Source: Candidatus Bathyarchaeota archaeon
Lineage (GTDB): Archaea; Thermoproteota; Bathyarchaeia; Bathyarchaeales; Bathycorpusculaceae
Assembly (NCBI GenBank): GCA_963833575.1
Contig: CAWHXY010000004.1
Location: 1-64,000, forward strand
DNA length: 64,000 bases
Direction: 5' to 3'
The notes beneath the pieces were generated by a model that saw nothing but the letters and a program-made list of their open reading frames with translations, was not told the DNA's origin and searched no databases. Shown here piece by piece: positions 1 to 9,388 of this stretch. Within the stretch, counting starts at the first letter, position 1, and every line of letters begins with the position of its first letter. The position numbers and the translations under genes were made by a program.

Positions 1-158
1 CGAGGCACTCGTGAAAGATTACGAGCTGCTCGGGCGTAATATTGAAAGTATACATCGGCATTCAGCATCACTTCCAATCTGAGAAAGTGGCGGGGTACTA
101 AAAGCACTTGTGCACGTTTCAGGTACAGGGAGGGTCCCCCCCCACTGTAAGAGAAGCA

Positions 159-1343
159 TTAGTGCTTATCTAATGGTTGCAGCGCATGTTCCAGGCTTTC
201 CCCGAGAGCTTTGGCCAAGCGTGCTGGGGGAAACTCCATCCCCACAAGGGTCTCGTCTCCTTTCACGAGGAGAATATACCCGTGTCTTTCAAGATCCGTC
301 AGGTAGGTTTGAATCGCGGGCTTGTCCTCCGCCTCTCTTTCGTACTCTTCGCAGGCGATACGATACGCGGAATACACGTCGTCGAGAGAAAGGTAGGGGT
401 CAGTTCTTGCCTGCAGTGCATTGATGACGCCTTCGAGGAGGAGTTGTTTGTGTAGCGAGAGTTCGCCCGGGTAGTAAGCACCGTCAGTCCCCTTAGGGAT
501 AAGTGCATTTGCTCTTCTCACGTGCTCAGCTTTTACGGTCTTTGCGTGATCCATTTCCGCTTGACCGCCCGCCTCTAGGAGGAGTTCCAGGGCGTAGCGG
601 ACCCCGCCGTAACCAACTGAAGTTCGCGCGATAAAATCAGTAACGTCTTCAGAAACAGCGCCGGACCGGAAAGCTTCCTCAGCCCTGTAACCAACTATAT
701 CTCTGACTTCAGGCAGACCATACTCGCCGAGGTGCACGGCAGAAACACGACCCAAAGTGTCCAGCGTGGCCTTGTCCAGCTGAGCCATCCAATCCAGGCT
801 TCGAGAAACATAGATCAGGCTGACCCTGCAAGCCGCCTCAGGATAGAGCTCATGCACCCGCGGAAGCATGTAGAGAATGCTCGGGTCACGTCCTTCGCTG
901 ATATACGTATCCACTTCATCCAAGGTTAGAACAAGCTTGTAGTCCTCCCGGCTAAGACTTTTCGCAATGATAGATAGCATCTCTTCAGGGCTCAGGCCAG
1001 ATCTGGAAGACTCCACAAACGAAACCTGATCCATAAGCTTAGTCATAACATGGTAGGGCTTAGGCGTATAAGCCAAGTTAATGTGGGCGTACTTGAGTTT
1101 CTTCCCAACTTTCCCAGCTTCCTCCTCCATGTACCGACCGAGCCTCCTGCACAGTACCGTCTTGCCGCTGCCTATGCTTCCGTAGACGTGGACTTTTACA
1201 TTCACGTCCTCAGTTAGGACAGGGCCAAAATGGTTCTTGAGATCGTTCAGTTCGCGCTCTCTATGAGGTAGCCTAGTGGGTGTATAGTCGTGGAGCAGAA
1301 CCCTTCTATTTTTGAAGACACTAAGCGGAGACAAACTCTTCAA
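159..1343 (-). CDS. cdc6: Orc1/Cdc6 family replication initiator (element-borne)
   Basis: N-terminal 'VFKNRRVL..DYTP.RLPHRE', Walker A GSIGSGKT, Walker B LTLDEVD, C-terminal winged helix. Confidence 0.9.
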   Translation of the reverse strand: MKSLSPLSVFKNRRVLLHDYTPTRLPHRERELNDLKNHFGPVLTEDVNVKVHVYGSIGSGKTVLCRRLGRYMEEEAGKVGKKLKYAHINLAYTPKPYHVMTKLMDQVSFVESSRSGLSPEEMLSIIAKSLSREDYKLVLTLDEVDTYISEGRDPSILYMLPRVHELYPEAACRVSLIYVSRSLDWMAQLDKATLDTLGRVSAVHLGEYGLPEVRDIVGYRAEEAFRSGAVSEDVTDFIARTSVGYGGVRYALELLLEAGGQAEMDHAKTVKAEHVRRANALIPKGTDGAYYPGELSLHKQLLLEGVINALQARTDPYLSLDDVYSAYRIACEEYEREAEDKPAIQTYLTDLERHGYILLVKGDETLVGMEFPPARLAKALGESLEHALQPLDKH

Positions 1344-1519
1344 CCAAAAGTGAATATAGAAATGGTAGTAATAAAAGCACGTTCGCTAGCTAGTTGCATA
1401 AATCGAAAAACTTCTTGACCGCACGACTTTGTGTTAATTATGATATTTTGCTTATATATTATTAACGTAGATTGGTGTTAACCATGATTAGGGATAGGGT
1501 CCTATATAGGGAGAAACAC

Positions 1520-2689
1520 CTATTCCTGCGTAAAAGCCCTAAAACGTCGGTTCAGCCAGTCTGCGAATACTGGGTCAGTTATCCTGTACTGCCCCTTCAT
1601 TGGTTTCTCGATTATGCTGTAGTTCATGAGCGTTGTTAGAGTCTTCGATATGTTGAAGATTGGTTTTCTCACGGCCCTAGCCACTTCACTTGGTTGAATG
1701 CTACCTGTTGCGAGAGCTACGAGGATTTCTCTTTCTAGGGGAGAGAAATTTCTAAAGTAGTTATCGAACTCTCCATCTAAGCTGACGACCATGTCCTCAT
1801 AGGCCTTATCCACTTGGTCCTCGGCTATCATACATCCTTGTCCTATCAGAAGGTACAGTTCGAGCCCGAGGCGCTGCATGTAGTCGGGGTACCCATCAGA
1901 TAAGGTCGCTATCTTCGCTATAACGGAGTCTGCTACTTCCATTTCAGCACATTCAAATCTCCTCTTTAGAAAAGTAGTAGCAATCGATTTGTCAAGTTTC
2001 TTGATTGGGATTTCGACTAGTTGCCTATAGAATGGAGATCGGCGATCGTAAACCAAATTGCGCATTATGCTTGTCGCAGAACCTGCCAAGACATAGCAAA
2101 CTCTTTTCTGTGATTGCACGACTGAACGGATCCGTTTGAGGGTGTCATCCCCCCATCTGATAACATCTTGGAATTCGTCCAGCATTACCACAAAGAACAC
2201 GTCCTTTTCCTGTGCCAAGGCTTCTATGTACTGCAGAGCTTCCTCAATTAGGGAATCCTCCTCCGTGTTCTTGTCTTGAAGCTTTAAAGAAAACTCCGCA
2301 AATTTCACTTCGCTTATCCGCCCAATTGCAGACTTGGCCGCCTGCCCAATTGCCTTAGTTATTCGTTTAAGAAAGGCGCTATCACCGGTCTTGCAAACAT
2401 AGCTCTCGATTGTTTTGTCGACCAATACTTTGGCAAGGCGACTCTTCGCGGCTATTCCATAGCAATTTGCAATTACGGGGATGAGTTTCGCATTCGGCTT
2501 TAGCAGAATTTCAAGGTTCTCCAAAATGGACGTTTTCCCCGTCCTTCTGAGCCCGATCAAAGCGGAGTTGCTAGAAGCTCCTTTTTGGATACCTTTGACA
2601 AGTGTCTGAAGCCGGCGGAGCTCGTCTTCCCTGTCTACGAAGTACTCGCCTGTAACTGGCCTACCGACTATGAATGGGGGTTCTCGCAT
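1520..2689 (-). CDS. Archaeal AAA ATPase (ATPase_2-like) with C-terminal winged helix
   Basis: 'PF.VG.PV.GE.FVDREDEL', Walker A GLRRTGKT, Walker B LDEFQ, GYP motif, C-terminal wHTH ending 'Y.I.DP.F..WL'. Confidence 0.85.
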   Translation of the reverse strand: MREPPFIVGRPVTGEYFVDREDELRRLQTLVKGIQKGASSNSALIGLRRTGKTSILENLEILLKPNAKLIPVIANCYGIAAKSRLAKVLVDKTIESYVCKTGDSAFLKRITKAIGQAAKSAIGRISEVKFAEFSLKLQDKNTEEDSLIEEALQYIEALAQEKDVFFVVMLDEFQDVIRWGDDTLKRIRSVVQSQKRVCYVLAGSATSIMRNLVYDRRSPFYRQLVEIPIKKLDKSIATTFLKRRFECAEMEVADSVIAKIATLSDGYPDYMQRLGLELYLLIGQGCMIAEDQVDKAYEDMVVSLDGEFDNYFRNFSPLEREILVALATGSIQPSEVARAVRKPIFNISKTLTTLMNYSIIEKPMKGQYRITDPVFADWLNRRFRAFTQE

Positions 2690-2982
2690 ATTCTCGTCTC
2701 AAAATATAGGGAACCATGCCTATATAGGTAACGGTGCCTATAGTAATCCTACAAACCCGGTAGAACCTACGCCTTGAACGTCAAGGCGGACTCAAAGTTT
2801 CGGTATTCTTCACGCCATTCTTCCGGGTCCGTGTCCTTGATTATGCAGGCGCGCAGGAGTTTGTTTTCCGTGCGTAAAGTGGTATACTCGATAGAGTCCT
2901 TCATGTAGGACATGAATTTATATGATTTCCCTGAACTACATGTAGGATAGCAGAATTTGACGTTCTTGAACGAGGGAAATGT

Positions 2983-3321
2983 TTGAACGGCGTAACCAAT
3001 GTAAAAGCGTTAACCGTGGGCGGATTAGCAGAGGGGCCTAAAATAGAAGCCAAAACTCGCCTCAAACGCCCAGCTATCGAGTTTAAAGGACTTGTTTTTG
3101 TTAAATACTGGGATCATGTCCTTTTCAACAGAAACTCGGCTTTCGCCATGAAGCCACAAGTTAGGGAAGCCGTCGGCTGGCTTGTCTATGAATGTGACCA
3201 GTACATAACGCTGACTTGGGATCGTGACGCAGAGCCCCCAACGCTTCGCGGTGGCGATCCAAAAGCCTCAGGGTTAGTTCTGCTAAAATCCGACATCTTG
3301 GAGATGAAAAAAATTGACTAA
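2983..3321 (+). CDS. Hypothetical protein of the integrated element
   Basis: 112-aa ORF with upstream GAGG; converges on the RHH gene. Confidence 0.6.
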   Translation: MNGVTNVKALTVGGLAEGPKIEAKTRLKRPAIEFKGLVFVKYWDHVLFNRNSAFAMKPQVREAVGWLVYECDQYITLTWDRDAEPPTLRGGDPKASGLVLLKSDILEMKKID

Positions 3322-3477
3322 TTACTTTTTATCTTTAAGTTCTTCTTGCTTCAGCCAAAGTCCTATCGCTTCAGTCACGGCCAATCCGACTGAGCCTTTG
3401 CGTAAGAATTTTTGTGTTGCTTGGGTGCGGAACTTGCGTTCTAAGTCATCCGGTATAATTGCATTTATGCGACCCAT
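3322..3477 (-). CDS. Ribbon-helix-helix DNA-binding protein (51 aa; start at ATG 3477, not 3624)
   Basis: MGRINAIIPDDLERKFR...GSVGLAVTEAIGLWL fits the RHH pattern; divergent from the integrase. Confidence 0.75.
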   Translation of the reverse strand: MGRINAIIPDDLERKFRTQATQKFLRKGSVGLAVTEAIGLWLKQEELKDKK

Positions 3478-3505
3478 GTTTGAACCCCAGTACATTAACG
3501 TATAT

Positions 3506-3561
3506 GTACCTAAAAGGTTAAATCTTTTTGCTTCATTTATACTGAATAGGTACTTAGGTAC
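3506..3561. promoter_or_regulatory. TAGGTAC repeats in the divergent RHH/integrase promoter
   Basis: GTACCTA 3506-3512 (inverted) and tandem TAGGTAC 3547-3553, 3555-3561. Confidence 0.5.
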
Positions 3562-3582
3562 CAAAACAAAGGAGAAACCAAA

Positions 3583-4992
3583 ATGATCACCGAAGCCATC
3601 ACGCAGCCTATAATGCGAAACCAAAAGCTCTCACTTGAAGAACTCAGAACTCTGCCGTTTCCAATGAAGATTCAAGGCGACCAAGTAATAATCGAAAAAG
3701 GTCTAAGAAACAGCAAACTCAAACACACAGTAGTCCTTAGCTTAGACAAAGTTTTAGCTGCCAGAGAAAAGGGACTTATCGACTACGTTTTAAGCGCTTT
3801 TGTCAGCGAAAGACCCGCCCTAATAGAATTTGCCTTCGACAATCAAAGCATACTCAAAATGGCGCGCCACTTTTTACGTCACTGCTCAGGTTCTTTTCAC
3901 AGCATTTACAGCTACACCGTAAACGTTCAGAAATACACCGCATGGTTAGGCAGTAGTCCTGATTTAATCATTAAAGACATTAAGCCCGTTGGAAACATAC
4001 CCGACCCCGCAAGAGTCCAGAACCACTCAGGCTTTCTTAACGACTTCTTAGCTGAATTACAAGATCAAGGACTGAAACCCGGTGTAGTTGTCAACCGCAT
4101 CAAAGGTGTCAAAACATTCTATCGCGTCAACGGCATCAAAGTAGAGTTGTCTGAGCCACTGAGCCGACGAGTCACATACAAAGACCGAAGCCCAACTGCT
4201 GAAGAATTGACGCGCGTGCTTGATATAGCTGATTTACGCGGGAAAGTCATCGTATCTATGCTTGCACTGGGTGCCTTCCGAGAAGGAACCTTGTCAAAAC
4301 TCAAGTACCGCCACGTCCGAGAAGACATCGAAAACAACCGCGTGCCCATCCATATCCATGTTGAAACCGAAATCGTCAAGGGCAAATATGGGGATTATGA
4401 CACTTTTCTGGGCGCTGAAGCCGCGCAATATCTGAAGCTCTACATCGACCAAAGAAGGAACGGTAGCAGACGCACAAAGCCCGAAAACCTAACCGACGAA
4501 TCACCTTTAATTCGTGATGAAACCAAAGCCACACCTAGAAACATAACCCCAAAGCAACTGCGACGAGTAGTCCATGGACTGTACGTCAAAGCTAACCTTG
4601 TAAAACAATGCGAAGGACATTATGACTTGAGAGTTCACAGCCTAAGAAAATACTTCAAAACACAGTTACTTGCTTTAGGCGTCCAACCTGACTACGTTGA
4701 TTATTTCATGGGACACACGCTTGACACATACCACGACATCCAAAGCATAGGCATAGAGAAACTTCGCAGTGTTTATGCATCAGCAGGTTTAGCCATTAGA
4801 CCAAAAACGCAAATCAGCAAACTTGAACAGCTTAAAGAAATGGTGCGGGCTTTAGGTATGAATCCGGAGCAGGTACTTGCTAAAGACGCGTTAGCTTACG
4901 GAGCAGTTACAGTCCAAGAGGGCGAAGATCACCAGCTGACAGTTCTGCGAAAACAACTCAGAGAGCTAATTTTGGCTGAGGCTTCGGTATAA
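3583..4992 (+). CDS. int: Tyrosine recombinase/site-specific integrase
   Basis: Catalytic set R (AFREGTL), K (VKGK), HxxR (HSLRKYF), MGH and Y (DTYHD). Confidence 0.92.
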   Translation: MITEAITQPIMRNQKLSLEELRTLPFPMKIQGDQVIIEKGLRNSKLKHTVVLSLDKVLAAREKGLIDYVLSAFVSERPALIEFAFDNQSILKMARHFLRHCSGSFHSIYSYTVNVQKYTAWLGSSPDLIIKDIKPVGNIPDPARVQNHSGFLNDFLAELQDQGLKPGVVVNRIKGVKTFYRVNGIKVELSEPLSRRVTYKDRSPTAEELTRVLDIADLRGKVIVSMLALGAFREGTLSKLKYRHVREDIENNRVPIHIHVETEIVKGKYGDYDTFLGAEAAQYLKLYIDQRRNGSRRTKPENLTDESPLIRDETKATPRNITPKQLRRVVHGLYVKANLVKQCEGHYDLRVHSLRKYFKTQLLALGVQPDYVDYFMGHTLDTYHDIQSIGIEKLRSVYASAGLAIRPKTQISKLEQLKEMVRALGMNPEQVLAKDALAYGAVTVQEGEDHQLTVLRKQLRELILAEASV

Positions 4993-5008
4993 AAGTGGAC
5001 GCAGGTCA

Positions 5009-5030
5009 TCGAGTCCCGTCGGACCCGCCA
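5009..5030 (+). repeat. att site: duplicated tRNA 3' end (T-loop to CCA), likely tRNA-Arg or -Lys
   Basis: TCGAGTCCCGTCGGACCCGCCA = T-loop, T-stem, acceptor strand, discriminator G and CCA; no 5' half upstream. Confidence 0.8.
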
Positions 5031-5260
5031 GATTCTGTTGGTCTTATGCTGATGTCTATTTTCCTTAACAAGTAAAAACATAAATTACTAAATACATTTG
5101 ATTGTGAAAAACAATAGTTCTTTTTATTGGATACCCACTGGTTTTTCAAGTCAGTATTCATCTCTTGGAGCTCTCGCCTAGAGATTACTTATTAACCACT
5201 CAAAAAAATCACAAAAAACAGTGATATCGGTAAGCTGATTACTTCAAAACTCCAGCTATA

Positions 5261-5824
5261 TTATATTTGACCTTTGTAGGAATTGCTAGATGGGCATCCT
5301 ACGCATTCGTTTTGTTGGTAAGATAAGCAGAGTCGGCAGTCGTTACCACATGGATTAATTTCATGTTTTTCAAGGTTTATTTTTATTCCGTATGACTCGC
5401 CAATGAGAGGCAGAATTCTCTGGTAAGAAACAATGTTAACATTTAGTGTGGAAGACAAACAATCAATGCTGGAAAGAAGTGTGTTAGCATCTTCAAAGAC
5501 CATGAGTGCGGTGAAAACTGGTTTCCCTGTGAGCTGGATCAACTGTACTATTCGGGGGCACTTTTTGAGTGTGTTTAAGATTTCTTCAGTTGATTGTCCC
5601 TTATTTGCTTCAAAATGGATAGTTGCAAGCTTCAACCCAAGTTTTGTCACGTTAATTTTGGCGCCAAAATCAACTATTTCGTGTTCAGTAAGATGATTTA
5701 TTCTGGCTATTGCTGTAGGTCGGGTTGTGTGGGCTTCTGAAGCTATTTTGGTAGTTGATTTCCTGCAATCCTCAATTAAGGCCTTTAATATTTTTAGATC
5801 AAGTTCATCCAAGTTTTTGGGCAA
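5261..5824 (-). CDS. Lrp/AsnC family regulator with C-terminal Cys cluster
   Basis: 'LDELDLKILKAL..DCR.S...IA' HTH; C-terminal CGNDCRLC...CVGCP. Confidence 0.85.
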   Translation of the reverse strand: MPKNLDELDLKILKALIEDCRKSTTKIASEAHTTRPTAIARINHLTEHEIVDFGAKINVTKLGLKLATIHFEANKGQSTEEILNTLKKCPRIVQLIQLTGKPVFTALMVFEDANTLLSSIDCLSSTLNVNIVSYQRILPLIGESYGIKINLEKHEINPCGNDCRLCLSYQQNECVGCPSSNSYKGQI

Positions 5825-6099
5825 AGTCTTGCCTCAATTATTGATTACTAAATATCGTGTATTTTAGCTTACAGTTATGGTTTTTGGTTTTCAGATTGCT
5901 TAGTATAATGTAAAGCATATTACTAATTCTTTTTTTAATCGTAAAGCTTATAGGGATTAACTTTACATTTTGTGTGAGACAGTTTTACAAGTGGTTGTGC
6001 ATGAAACGAAAAATAGTGAAACACAACTGCTGTAACTTTGCTATAGCCGAAAACACTCAAACAAAAGGGAAAGAAATCAGCCAAGGAGAAAGATGAAAA

Positions 6100-8814
6100 A
6101 TGAATTTTTCAAGGCTTATAATGAGACGTAAAAAAACTGTGGTTTTGGTATGGATAATAATATTCATTGCGCTTATACCGCTTATACTCAATTATGGAAA
6201 ATTCGTTTCCTACTCAATCCCTTCAAGCGCTCTTTCCCAAAGCGAGTCAGGAAGAGCACAAACGGCATTAGCCGCCATTAGCCCAATCAACTCTTCAATA
6301 ACTGTCGTTGTTCCTTTAGACAGCGTTCAAGCGAATTCAAATTTTGAAGGTTTAATTAATTCGACGCTACAATTTCAAAATGCAATTAATGCAAGTGCAT
6401 TACCCAACTTATCTAACACTAAATCTGCGTTTTCCGATTATGCGGGCTTTCTAAATGGCATACTTGAGCCCAATACAGCATTAATTCTGAATTCTTATGG
6501 AAATATATCTGAACTTTCGAATCAAATCTACAGTTACCCAAGCCGTTTCATAGGCAACTGGTCAACTTCGGGTTACACTCAAAGCACAATTAACACAACT
6601 GCCATACAAACACAAAAAGCAAGCGACGATGCCACTTACGTTGCCCTCTTCATAAATAATCTTAGTGCATCCTATGCATCATATCCAACTCTTGACCCAG
6701 CTGCAAGGGTGCAAAATGCAACAGTGGGTGCCGCCATAATTGCGTTTAGTGCAGAATCGTCTAACCCTTATTTGTTTGCTGTTTTAGACGATATGAACGT
6801 CACTAATTACCAAACAAGTGTTCTGTCGGTTACCGCCCAAGTCATCTCCCAGTTTTCAGGCAACCCTACGCCGGTACAAGTCATCCAAGTCATATTTGCA
6901 GGAGGCAACCCCGGATTAACCTATGTTGAACAATACGGACTTTTAGGTGCGCCAAGCTTCATTACTCAAAGCTACATAAGTCCAAACAACTCGACTTTTC
7001 TTGTAAACATAAACTTCAACGTCGACGACAAATACAGAGGTGCAAATAACTTCTACCCATCGCAAAACGCGACCTCAGAAGTTAGAGCCTTGGCGGTTAA
7101 ATATTTTGGAAACAATGCGTTAGTTACGGGTCAAGGAGCGGTAGCTTATGATACCCAGTCTTTAACGTCAAGCTCAGGATTCGTTTTTGGCTTCACTTTC
7201 CTGTTCTTGGTCATTGCTGTGGCCCTTACGTTAAGGTCAGCGGTTTCTTCTATCTTGGCGTTGCTTATTGTTTCGCTTGCTACCGGTTTAGGGTATGTTG
7301 CAGTTTACATAACTGGTTTGGCCTTGGGACGAGTTGACTTCACCGTCACATACACATTAACTGCAGTTATTTTAGGAGTAGCAACTGATTACTTGATTTT
7401 TATTCTTTCCAGGTATCGGGAAGAGCTTAGAAATCAGAAAACAAGAGAAGAAGCCTTTGAAATAGCCACTAACAAAGCAGGATTTGCAGTAATTGTAAGC
7501 GGATTAACGGTAGCTGGCAGCTTGGGCGCACTTTCTTTTATTTCAAATCTTCGAAGTTGGGGTCCTGTCTTGTTAGGCTCTGTCCTTTTGACGGTGGCTC
7601 TTGAAACAACCTTGCTTCCTGCCATCGTTGCAATCATTGGTGAAGGATTGTTCCGACGTAAAATTGGCGCGCGAACTTCAAAGCCTGTAAACTATACTCG
7701 CTCAATTTTCTACAAGACTGCAAAGTTTTCCTCGTCGAAATACAAAAAGTTCTTCGTGGTTGGCTTGATTTTGTTGGTCGCTGCACCCTCCATTTATCTT
7801 TGGTTTACTTTGCCAACAACTTACAATTTTAGCGAGGGTCTCCCCCGTAATCTTCAGAGTGTAAAAGGACTTAACACGATTAACTCCCAATTTGGCGCAG
7901 ACCTGATTTACCCCACGTTTGTCATCGTAAATTTCAGTCAACCAGCAATAGATTCCAATGGCACCTTTACATCCCAAGCTATCTCGTCGCTAAGGGCTGA
8001 TGCAGCATACATAGTGCAAACTAAAGGCATTATACAAGCAGTCGGACCAGCAGTCAACGGAACACAAGTAATAGACCCCTCAAGCGTAATTTCTACTCAG
8101 TACATCTTCAACAAAGGCTACAACGCCTATTTCGTAGTCTTCACAAAAAGCGATCCCTACTCAGACGCCGCCCTTTCAACCACGAAACAACTAAGGTCTA
8201 ATACGAATTTCTTAGTGGGTGGCCTAAGCTCAAGCGTCATTGACTTGAAAAACTATTATACCGCAGCTCTAACCCAATTAGAAATCATTATCCTAATAGT
8301 CATCGCCATCGTACTAGGCGTTTCACTTAGAAAAGCGTATTATCCACTCATTTCCCTCAGCGGTGTCTTCATAAGCATCACATGGACAACAGGAATACTC
8401 TACCTCATCACAAAATACATTCTAAACGAGCAACTCATATTCTTAATCCCTATTGTTCTCTACGTCATATTGATGTCTCTCGGCAACGACTTCACAGTTT
8501 TCATTCTCACAAGAGTAAAAGAAGAGCAAAGCAAATTGGGAGCAAGAGAAGGATTAGAAAAAGCAATGGTTGGCTCAGGAGCAGTAGTAACTTCCCTTGG
8601 AATAATACTTGCCGTTTCCTTAGGCTCCTTAGCTTTCGTGCCCTACGGATTCCTCGAGCAAATAGGAATAGCCTTCGTAATATCACTCCTGCTTGATACC
8701 TTCATTATAAGAACATTTTACTTCCCAGCAATGATCACAATATTCAACCGAGAAAAAACCGACAAAAGCGAAAACAAAACAGAGCAGACAATTGACGAGA
8801 TCAAAAAAGACTAG
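6100..8814 (+). CDS. MMPL/RND family transporter
   Basis: Two repeats of a large extracellular loop plus TM bundle; GVATDY..F...RYREE and LGNDF..F...RVKEE motifs. Confidence 0.9.
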   Translation: MNFSRLIMRRKKTVVLVWIIIFIALIPLILNYGKFVSYSIPSSALSQSESGRAQTALAAISPINSSITVVVPLDSVQANSNFEGLINSTLQFQNAINASALPNLSNTKSAFSDYAGFLNGILEPNTALILNSYGNISELSNQIYSYPSRFIGNWSTSGYTQSTINTTAIQTQKASDDATYVALFINNLSASYASYPTLDPAARVQNATVGAAIIAFSAESSNPYLFAVLDDMNVTNYQTSVLSVTAQVISQFSGNPTPVQVIQVIFAGGNPGLTYVEQYGLLGAPSFITQSYISPNNSTFLVNINFNVDDKYRGANNFYPSQNATSEVRALAVKYFGNNALVTGQGAVAYDTQSLTSSSGFVFGFTFLFLVIAVALTLRSAVSSILALLIVSLATGLGYVAVYITGLALGRVDFTVTYTLTAVILGVATDYLIFILSRYREELRNQKTREEAFEIATNKAGFAVIVSGLTVAGSLGALSFISNLRSWGPVLLGSVLLTVALETTLLPAIVAIIGEGLFRRKIGARTSKPVNYTRSIFYKTAKFSSSKYKKFFVVGLILLVAAPSIYLWFTLPTTYNFSEGLPRNLQSVKGLNTINSQFGADLIYPTFVIVNFSQPAIDSNGTFTSQAISSLRADAAYIVQTKGIIQAVGPAVNGTQVIDPSSVISTQYIFNKGYNAYFVVFTKSDPYSDAALSTTKQLRSNTNFLVGGLSSSVIDLKNYYTAALTQLEIIILIVIAIVLGVSLRKAYYPLISLSGVFISITWTTGILYLITKYILNEQLIFLIPIVLYVILMSLGNDFTVFILTRVKEEQSKLGAREGLEKAMVGSGAVVTSLGIILAVSLGSLAFVPYGFLEQIGIAFVISLLLDTFIIRTFYFPAMITIFNREKTDKSENKTEQTIDEIKKD

Positions 8815-8948
8815 TTTTGGGTGAAGTCTCAAGATCCCATGGGCTTTGCCCCTAAAAAATATCCGATGCTTGGCTTCCAAGAAATTAAATCCGAATCGGA
8901 ACTAAGTAGTTTTTAAATAGATAGAACACTGCCATATCATCAGGTAGA

Positions 8949-9269
8949 GTGAAGAACTTGCCGAACATTGTAAAAGTTCAAATGGCAGATTTGGAAGAAG
9001 AGAAAAAGAACCTATCGAATTTCTTACTCAATCAATTCAAACTTGCTTCAGTAATAACCCCAAGAGGCTTGGAACTAAAGATTGAAGACGTTCCAACTTA
9101 CGCCTTGTCAAGAATGGTAAACAAGTTTATTTATCGCAAAAATCTAAACGGCGCGCATTGGGTTGCTGTAGAAAATAACGTTGTCAAAATCAACAGGTTC
9201 AAAAAAGAAAAGAAAACAAAAATAAACAAGCACCCAACTACTGCGGCAACAATCAAACACGGTTGGTAA
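8949..9269 (+). CDS. Putative ribosomal protein eL22 (L22e)-like protein
   Basis: 106 aa, basic; 'L..FL' and 'LSRMVNKFIYRKNL....WV' resemble eL22 'LKYLTKKYL.K.NL..W.RV'. Confidence 0.5.
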   Translation: MKNLPNIVKVQMADLEEEKKNLSNFLLNQFKLASVITPRGLELKIEDVPTYALSRMVNKFIYRKNLNGAHWVAVENNVVKINRFKKEKKTKINKHPTTAATIKHGW

Positions 9270-9388
9270 CAAAAAATCTTTTAGAAATTTAAGAAAAAAT
9301 TATTAAGAAGCTCGGATAAACTCCACCATTAGTCACTCGGAAGTCCCTGTTTGAATTTTCATTGATAGATAGAACTATCTGAAGCCGT

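Larger units (their letters stand above)
1..5030. mobile_element. Right part of an integrated element (integrative plasmid/provirus-like); left end outside window
   Basis: Orc1/Cdc6, AAA ATPase, RHH and an intact tyrosine integrase, followed 17 nt later by a tRNA 3'-end duplicate; visibly more GC-rich than DNA after 5030. Confidence 0.8.

Noticed and set aside
1520-2689. ATPase as an anti-phage defence system
   Set aside because: No nuclease or other effector domain or partner visible; generic archaeal ATPase-wHTH
3478-3624. N-terminal extension of the RHH ORF in the track (100 aa)
   Set aside because: Overlaps the int start and promoter; the RHH pattern begins at Met 3477
5009-5030. Complete tRNA gene
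   Set aside because: Only T-loop to CCA is present; the upstream sequence is the integrase end, so it is treated as an att site
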